Shown: positions 55,686 to 61,240 of the stretch, one piece after another | Layout of the letters: every line of letters starts with the position of its first letter | How positions within the stretch are numbered: the stretch's first letter is position 1 | Source: Candidatus Bathyarchaeia archaeon | GTDB taxonomy: Archaea; Thermoproteota; Bathyarchaeia; 40CM-2-53-6 | DNA: 61,240 bases | Assembly: GCA_049521055.1 (NCBI GenBank) | Contig: JBEKPE010000002.1 | Location: 1-61,240, forward strand | Direction: 5' to 3' | Translations under genes and position numbers: made by a program | The notes under the pieces: model-generated | The model's input: only the letters and a program-made list of their open reading frames with translations | Database searches by the model: none | Told to the model about the DNA's origin: nothing

Positions 55686-56585
55686 CTAATGCTTGTGTGT
55701 GGCGAGGGCGGTTCCGGCGAGCAAGAAACATGCGCCAATTATTGTGAATATGGACCAACTCTCGCCGAGGAGCAATATTCCGCCAACTAAGCTTACGAGT
55801 GGGACTAGGTAGAGCTGCACTGAGAGCCTTGACACTGCCCTGCTGGAAATTAGCGTGTAGAGGATCATGTTCGCGACCACTGTACTCAAAATTGCCAGGT
55901 AGAGAACCGACAACCATCCCGTAGGAGACAAATTGGAAACCTGCGTGAAGAAGTTCCAGGAGAGTAAGGGTAAGGTGAAGATCGTGCCAATTACGGCGAC
56001 CCAGATCGCTACGGGACGGGCGCCGTATGATTTTACTAGCGGCTTTGAACCGACAGAAAACACACTATACATGAATGCCGCCAATATCACCGCAAGGGGC
56101 CCTGTAATCTGAAGAAAGGTAAGATCTGAACCCACCGAAAGAATGAAAGCCCCAACTACCGCCAACCCCAATGCGAACATTAGACCCTTACCGACGTGCT
56201 CCTTCAAGAAAATCGCCGACAGCAAAACAACAAAAATAGGAGCGAAAGAAATCAGAAGACCAGCCAAGCCTGACGATACAATTGTCTCCGAGTAGTTCAG
56301 CGAGAGATGATAACCGACAACGCTTGCGAAAGAAACTAGTAATATTCGCGGGATGTCTCGTCTCTGAACGGGCTTCGCGGGCTTTCCATAGACGGGGGCA
56401 AGAACAAGGAAACCAGCTGAAGCTATCAACCATCTGAGTATGGTCAGATTAGGTGGGCTTAGCTCAAACTCTGCCCTTCTTATCGCAACAAACGCTAGGC
56501 CCCAGATGACGCTTAGCGTTAGTACTAGCCCATAACCCAGTATGACGACTTTTGGAGACCAGTGTACTCGTGACGTCGTGTCCAC
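55686..56585 (-). CDS. EamA/DMT family transporter
   Basis: Ten TM segments in two repeats, IWGLAF, LTILRW. Confidence 0.9.
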   Translation of the reverse strand: MDTTSRVHWSPKVVILGYGLVLTLSVIWGLAFVAIRRAEFELSPPNLTILRWLIASAGFLVLAPVYGKPAKPVQRRDIPRILLVSFASVVGYHLSLNYSETIVSSGLAGLLISFAPIFVVLLSAIFLKEHVGKGLMFALGLAVVGAFILSVGSDLTFLQITGPLAVILAAFMYSVFSVGSKPLVKSYGARPVAIWVAVIGTIFTLPLLSWNFFTQVSNLSPTGWLSVLYLAILSTVVANMILYTLISSRAVSRLSVQLYLVPLVSLVGGILLLGESWSIFTIIGACFLLAGTALATHKH

Positions 56586-56624
56586 TTTGAAATCGCCCGT
56601 CTGTGAATTCTGGGTAGCTTTGTT

Positions 56625-57752
56625 TTACGGATTTGAGCGTGGGGTGGTCCGTGGATCGTGGGTGCGTTCGAGTGTCAGTAGATCTTTCTTTCTTTTTTCG
56701 CCCCAACGGTAACCTCGCAATTCACCATCTTTCCCGACCACTCTGTGGCATGGTATAACGAGGGAGACGGGGTTCGTTGCACATGCTTTCGCCACCGCTC
56801 GCGCGGCGTTGGGCTCGCCTAATTCGAATGCGATTTGACTATATGTGCTAGTGCTGCCGTAGGGTATTGATTGGATTTCCTTCCAGACTCTGCGTTGGAA
56901 GGTGCTTGCTTGGATGTCGAGGGGTAGGCTGAGATGCGTTTGTTGGCCGGCGAAATAGTTCATGATCACCGTGACCCATTGCTGAAGCCCAGAGTTGGTG
57001 CGGTAGAGGTCAGCGCGCGGGTATTCTTTGGATAGTGCGGATTCGACTATGGCGTCGGTGTCTCCCATGAAAACGGCACAGATCCCTTTCGGTGTCGCCG
57101 CAACTAGGAGACGCCCCAATGGGCAGTTCACGATTGAGTAGGTAACTCGTAAACCTTTGGCACCCCGGCGAAAGGATCCGGCACTCATGCCAAATTGATT
57201 CGAATTTCTGTAGAACCGGCTCCTCGAGCTGAACCCGGCACCGTAGAGTGCTTTCGTTACCGTGTGTCCGTTCTTCAGCAAGAGCTTCATCTTCGCTAGC
57301 CGGCGGGTTTGGATGTATTCGCGAGGAGAGAGACCAACCGCCTGCTTGAAAGTTCGTTGCAGGTGGTACGGACTAATCCCAACGTGAACGCTAAGTGTTG
57401 AGAGTGTAAGTTTGCGATCCAAGTTGGCTTCAATGTACTTGCACACATGATCGACCATCGCAACCCCAGGATACGATTCGTTGTCTTTCGGGTGGCATCT
57501 TTGACAGGGACGGAATCCGGATTGTTCCGCTTCGATGGGCGCAGAGAAGAAGACCACCTTGTCCCTGCTGGGCCGTTTGGCCGGGCAAGACGGCTTGCAG
57601 TAGATTCCGGTCGATCGAACCGCGAAGACGAAACTTCCATCGCAGCGGTTGTCCCTGGCTAGGACGGCTGCCCACATTTGAGAGTCCGTGTCCAAACTCT
57701 CTTGACTTGGGATCAGTTGCGGTTGAACCTCGATCGGGTTGATACTTGACAT
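56625..57752 (-). CDS. ada: Bifunctional Ada protein: Zn-binding methylphosphotriester repair domain, AraC-type HTH, and O6-methylguanine methyltransferase
   Basis: STGIYCKPSC, FRPCQRC, SPYHLQRTFK, FQRRVW, PCHRV. Confidence 0.92.
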   Translation of the reverse strand: MSSINPIEVQPQLIPSQESLDTDSQMWAAVLARDNRCDGSFVFAVRSTGIYCKPSCPAKRPSRDKVVFFSAPIEAEQSGFRPCQRCHPKDNESYPGVAMVDHVCKYIEANLDRKLTLSTLSVHVGISPYHLQRTFKQAVGLSPREYIQTRRLAKMKLLLKNGHTVTKALYGAGFSSRSRFYRNSNQFGMSAGSFRRGAKGLRVTYSIVNCPLGRLLVAATPKGICAVFMGDTDAIVESALSKEYPRADLYRTNSGLQQWVTVIMNYFAGQQTHLSLPLDIQASTFQRRVWKEIQSIPYGSTSTYSQIAFELGEPNAARAVAKACATNPVSLVIPCHRVVGKDGELRGYRWGEKRKKDLLTLERTHDPRTTPRSNP

Positions 57753-57780
57753 GGGCGGTTATTGGGGCTGACGAAATAAG

Positions 57781-57811
57781 TAGTTTGACTCCGAATCTTG
57801 CGATCAAACTA
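57781..57811. promoter_or_regulatory. Inverted repeat TAGTTTGA-N15-TCAAACTA between the divergent ada and dinB genes
   Basis: Perfect 8-bp arms at 57781-57788 and 57804-57811. Confidence 0.45.
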
Positions 57812-57852
57812 TCCCTTTTCTAGCTGTGGCACGATAAATTGCTACTTGCCTC

Positions 57853-58365
57853 GTGGGGATCCGCTTGTTTACCATAACTGAATTGTATTCATATTCCGTC
57901 CGAGTGAGGAGAAACTTCGCCGAGAAACTCGCCGAACTGCCCGCCGATGTCGTTGTCAAGAACAGGGAGGCCAGCTTCTACACTATGAAGAACATTCTAG
58001 TCCATATAATCGACAACGAGGATTGGATCGTCAACTGGGTGATCCATGGTAAGTCGCGAGAATACGTGCGGAAGAAGTCAGAAGAATACACTGACATGAC
58101 ACATGTCCTTCGGCATCTGGACGAGATCGAAGGGAAAACCCGCGCCTTCCTGAAAACAGCTAACGAAAGAGAATTCAATAGACGGGTTGACTTCGTTCTA
58201 TCCTCAGGAACAACCTTCAACCTCTCGGTCGAGGAATGTCTCTTCCAATCATTTACGGAACAGCTCTACCATATGGGCGAACTCATCGCCCTTCTATGGC
58301 AGGAGAACATTGAGCCGCCTAAGATGCAATGGTTCTGGAACAACCCCAGAGAACACCCAACCTAG
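57853..58365 (+). CDS. DinB/YfiT family protein
   Basis: SFYTMKNILVHI, YHMGEL metal-site His pattern, four-helix bundle size. Confidence 0.8.
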   Translation: MGIRLFTITELYSYSVRVRRNFAEKLAELPADVVVKNREASFYTMKNILVHIIDNEDWIVNWVIHGKSREYVRKKSEEYTDMTHVLRHLDEIEGKTRAFLKTANEREFNRRVDFVLSSGTTFNLSVEECLFQSFTEQLYHMGELIALLWQENIEPPKMQWFWNNPREHPT

Positions 58366-58523
58366 AACGCATCTCTCAACATCCGTCCTTTCTCGTAGCA
58401 CGGAATTGGACATGTGAAATTTGAACAACTAAATAGCACCAAACCGACCGTGGGTCGTGAGTGCGTTGACTTCTCAATGACGGTAGGCGTCTTCAACAGA
58501 AAGGACTGAGCGAACTAGCCCCT

Positions 58524-58608
58524 TTCGAACACGCGCTGCATGAATGATTCATTCATTCTGCTTATCACCGACCATTGAAGCTTCGTTCGTTTGGTGGGTG
58601 TGTTCGAA
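58524..58608 (+). ncRNA. Candidate three-way-junction structured leader
   Basis: Closing stem TTCGAACAC/GTGTTCGAA encloses ATGAATG-ATT-CATTCAT and CACCGA/TTGGTG. Confidence 0.35.
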
Positions 58609-58646
58609 GTTGGACTTTCAACTAGTGATAGGAGCCGAGAGGGTGA

Positions 58647-60062
58647 GTGGAAGTGTTTGATCGAAAGAGTGTGGTTATGATTCTGGCGACCCTCATCATA
58701 GCGGGTTTGCTAATAGGTGCGGTAGGCACATGGATTTACTTTGCGACGCCCGCTTCAGACAATAACAGCTTTACCGGTTCATCTTCGTTTTCAATCGCAA
58801 CGCCAACTTCAGCCCAAGGACCTGTATGCTCCAATGCCGCTCAGTATGACGAGAGCATACCTCCTGCCTACCAGTCTATGTACACGACGTTGAGCCAGAT
58901 TCTTGACAACTTCAACCAGACCCTAAGTGAAGCTCCGCCTGCGGCAAGCCATGGGGTGATTTATGCTACTGAATTGCTTCCGGCGGATTCAAACTTAGGC
59001 GAAAGGCTGCTTTCTCCGCAGGCTATGCAAGGCGTCGTCAACTATCTAGACGCAATTCAGAAACTAGGCATTGATGGCGTCACCATCGACGTATCGTACC
59101 CGATCCTGACTCCGACGTTTCCGAATTACGATCAGTACCTCAATTTCTACGAGAACGTTGTCCAGCAGGTCCGTGCAAGAGGAATGAAAATAGACATCGA
59201 GTCGGAGACTCCCCTTTTGGTTGGGTATCCGGGACTCTCGCTGGGTTCCGTAAGCTACGCGAACTTGACCTACAGTACGTACGTGAGTGAGGATAGGGCC
59301 ATGATTCAAACTGTGATCAGCGACCTACACCCGGACTACTTGAACATAGGAACCGAAACCGACACCTTACAATTACTACTCAATTACCCAGAGATCGGCA
59401 CACCCCAAGGATGGGGCACGTACATCAACTCCTTACTCACAGGTTTGAATAAGGGTAGCACGAAGATTAATGTTGGAATCGGCTCCTGGGATCCTATCAG
59501 CTACCTATACGCGACACTCAACGATTCAGCGATAGATGCCATCGACGTCCACATCTACCCAGTATACGGCAGCTACCTTTCAATTCTGATACAGATAGGC
59601 CAGCTCTCACGAGAGTACGGTAAGCCAATCGTCATAGATGAAATGTGGCTCCATAAGAGCACCATGAATGAAGGCCACAACTTCGCCACCGACGCAGGAA
59701 TCTCGGCCCGTAACATGTTTGCCTTCTGGGTTCCGCTCGACGAGGAATTCTTGAAGGTCATGGGGATGTACTCGCAAGTTTACAATGTTGCCTTCATATC
59801 GCCTTTTGAATCCACTTACTTCTTCGCGTACGTGAACTACACGTCTAGCTCGGCTAGCGTGCCATATTCCGAAGCACGGCAGGTGTCATCTCGAGCCGCA
59901 GCTTACGATATCGCAAACGGCCTCATATCGCCTCTAGGCTGCTACTATCAAAGCATGATAGATGGCATGACGCCACTAAGCATTTCATTTCTCGCAACCG
60001 AGACCGCGATGAACCCGGCTGGACGATATGAAATCCCGTCGATCCAATTCGAAAAACAATAG
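58647..60062 (+). CDS. Membrane-anchored secreted protein with a clan GH-A-like TIM barrel
   Basis: N-terminal TM and Ser/Thr linker, then LNIGTET, IDVHIYP and KPIVIDEMW. The start may be GTG 58653. Confidence 0.6.
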   Translation: MEVFDRKSVVMILATLIIAGLLIGAVGTWIYFATPASDNNSFTGSSSFSIATPTSAQGPVCSNAAQYDESIPPAYQSMYTTLSQILDNFNQTLSEAPPAASHGVIYATELLPADSNLGERLLSPQAMQGVVNYLDAIQKLGIDGVTIDVSYPILTPTFPNYDQYLNFYENVVQQVRARGMKIDIESETPLLVGYPGLSLGSVSYANLTYSTYVSEDRAMIQTVISDLHPDYLNIGTETDTLQLLLNYPEIGTPQGWGTYINSLLTGLNKGSTKINVGIGSWDPISYLYATLNDSAIDAIDVHIYPVYGSYLSILIQIGQLSREYGKPIVIDEMWLHKSTMNEGHNFATDAGISARNMFAFWVPLDEEFLKVMGMYSQVYNVAFISPFESTYFFAYVNYTSSSASVPYSEARQVSSRAAAYDIANGLISPLGCYYQSMIDGMTPLSISFLATETAMNPAGRYEIPSIQFEKQ

Positions 60063-60134
60063 AATGGACTTGCACGAGGCTATGTATGCGCACCACGATA
60101 CACGCAAAGAAGAACTGGAATTACAGATTGCAGC

Positions 60135-60770
60135 TCAACCTACAGCCAATATGGTCTGCGCAAAGTCTCCCTGATTCCCCGTAACCTGAATAACATATGA
60201 ACCAGGTAGAACGTTCCCGATAATGAAACCACCATAAGCAACCCCCGTCCCAGCTTGGATCACGCACGCGGCCGTACCGGGTAGGATCACGTTGGGGGAA
60301 GAGGAGCTGGAGAGTTGGCAGGTCGTATCCGTTGGAAGTAAGCCATTGGCTTGAACCGAGACTCTAGATCCGGCCTGAAGACCGGCTATATGGCCCATGC
60401 CCGATTGGCCATTGCCACCATCTACTTGGATGATTGCTTGCGCGAAATCCCCGTCATTCCCCGTGACCTGAATCACGTACGAGCCGGGTAGAACGTTTCC
60501 AACGGTGAAGCCACCATAGGGTGCACCGGTTCCCACTTGAACGACGCAGGCTGAGGAGAGGAGGACCAGGTTTGATGAAGGACTTGAAACATTGCAGATT
60601 GTGTCGGTTGGCAGGAAGCCGGTGCCAGTGAAGGAGACATTGTGGCCCGAGCCGCCACCAAACCAGATCACAGGTTCAGATCGAACGGAGATGAGTAGGG
60701 TGCTCGCTGAGGAGATGACCAACGCACAGATCAAGAGCGTACTGATGAGTCTCAATGGCAACCCATCCAT
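60135..60770 (-). CDS. Secreted protein with two tandem ~80-aa beta-rich repeats
   Basis: Signal peptide. G(F/L)LPTDT.C...SS...C.(V/I)Q.GTG..YGGF..GNVLPGSYVIQVTGN.GDFAQ occurs twice. Confidence 0.8.
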   Translation of the reverse strand: MDGLPLRLISTLLICALVISSASTLLISVRSEPVIWFGGGSGHNVSFTGTGFLPTDTICNVSSPSSNLVLLSSACVVQVGTGAPYGGFTVGNVLPGSYVIQVTGNDGDFAQAIIQVDGGNGQSGMGHIAGLQAGSRVSVQANGLLPTDTTCQLSSSSSPNVILPGTAACVIQAGTGVAYGGFIIGNVLPGSYVIQVTGNQGDFAQTILAVG

Positions 60771-60837
60771 TCCGTAAACATCGAATTATTGGTTGTGATG
60801 AGAACGCAAAACTGGAATCATGTCGGACGGCAATGGG

Positions 60838-61233
60838 TCAATTCTGCTTTATTGTAACGGCTCCGTCCTCACTTATCTTGATCTTAACGACCGCTGTTAG
60901 GTGGTGCCCTCGGATCCTTCCCTTACATTTTGATCGGATCGCTGCTAGGAGAGAATCAGCACTAATTCTCAGTTTGATTCGTAAAATGTCAGCCCTGAGA
61001 ATCACCATGGACACGGCCTCAAAAATACTGGTACCGCTTGGGATTATCAATTCTCTAGAATCTGAGAGGTGTTCTATGGCGACAATGGTAGCCTTAGCTG
61101 CTCTTACGTTTGCGTGAGCGCGGTGTTCGATGATGCTTATGTTCTCACGTGAAGTGTGGAGTCTGCTTGCTACTTGAGTCTGAGTTAATCCTGTTGCTCT
61201 AAGTTGAAGTACCTTCCATTGCCTTGGTGTCAA
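60838..61233 (-). CDS. tfx: Tfx-family DNA-binding protein (5' end may lie beyond the window)
   Basis: LTPRQWKVLQLRATGLTQTQVA..LHTSRENISIIEHRA HTH. The frame stays open to the window edge. Confidence 0.85.
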   Translation of the reverse strand: MTPRQWKVLQLRATGLTQTQVASRLHTSRENISIIEHRAHANVRAAKATIVAIEHLSDSRELIIPSGTSIFEAVSMVILRADILRIKLRISADSLLAAIRSKCKGRIRGHHLTAVVKIKISEDGAVTIKQN

Positions 61234-61240
61234 GATGGTG

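Noticed and set aside
57790-57850. Canonical E. coli Ada box (AAT-N6-GCAA)
   Set aside because: Only a one-mismatch version (AGT-N6-GCAA, minus strand) is present, which is too short to support.
1-61240. tRNA, rRNA, CRISPR array, transposase/integrase
   Set aside because: No T-loop/cloverleaf, regularly spaced repeat array or mobile-element ORF was found by eye. tRNAscan-SE and a CRISPR finder would confirm.
1-61240. Genome-wide TAG recoding, suggested by the in-frame TAG at 4410
   Set aside because: TAG ends complete, normal-length genes such as PCNA (47687), L44e (41534) and tmk (15848), so TAG is an ordinary stop here.

Overview
A gene-dense archaeal chromosomal segment, most consistent with TACK/Thermoproteota and probably Bathyarchaeia. 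This is inferred from gene content and order, not from a phylogeny. It is mostly core genome with four main blocks. (i) An accessory/metabolic block at 1-20 kb: ABC exporter, FAD oxidase, orphan N6-adenine DNA methyltransferase, NUDIX, F420-type PPOX and LLM enzymes, glpK, ilvE, APC permease, eno, tmk and an HD hydrolase. (ii) An aromatic amino acid supercluster using the archaeal ADH/DHQ-synthase-II route, with lysC and asd attached: lysC-asd-aroA'-aroB'-aroD-aroE-aroK-aroA-aroC, converging on tyrA and a chorismate mutase-aminotransferase fusion. (iii) A membrane/glycosylation neighbourhood: carS, an apparent homolog of the eukaryotic OST subunit OSTC/DC2, and a eukaryote-like STT3/AglB with C-terminal Ig-like extensions. 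(iv) The conserved information-processing supercluster dph2-METTL5-csl4-rpoL-RNaseIII-like-DUF99-TFS-PCNA-priL...priS-gins15-L44e-S27e-aIF2a-nop10, with an S8 protease and a Rieske ferredoxin inserted into it. The window ends with a quinone-type methyltransferase/prenyltransferase pair, a bacterial-type Ada, DinB, secreted proteins and Tfx. I saw no tRNA, rRNA, CRISPR array or transposase. The strongest leads are the OSTC/DC2-like gene about 2 kb from STT3, probable CTG initiation in aroD and priL, a uORF/hairpin leader in front of lysC, three structured intergenic RNAs, a catalytically eroded DUF99, and an in-frame TAG inside an otherwise complete membrane-protein gene. All family assignments come from motifs read by eye and remembered family consensus; no searches were run.
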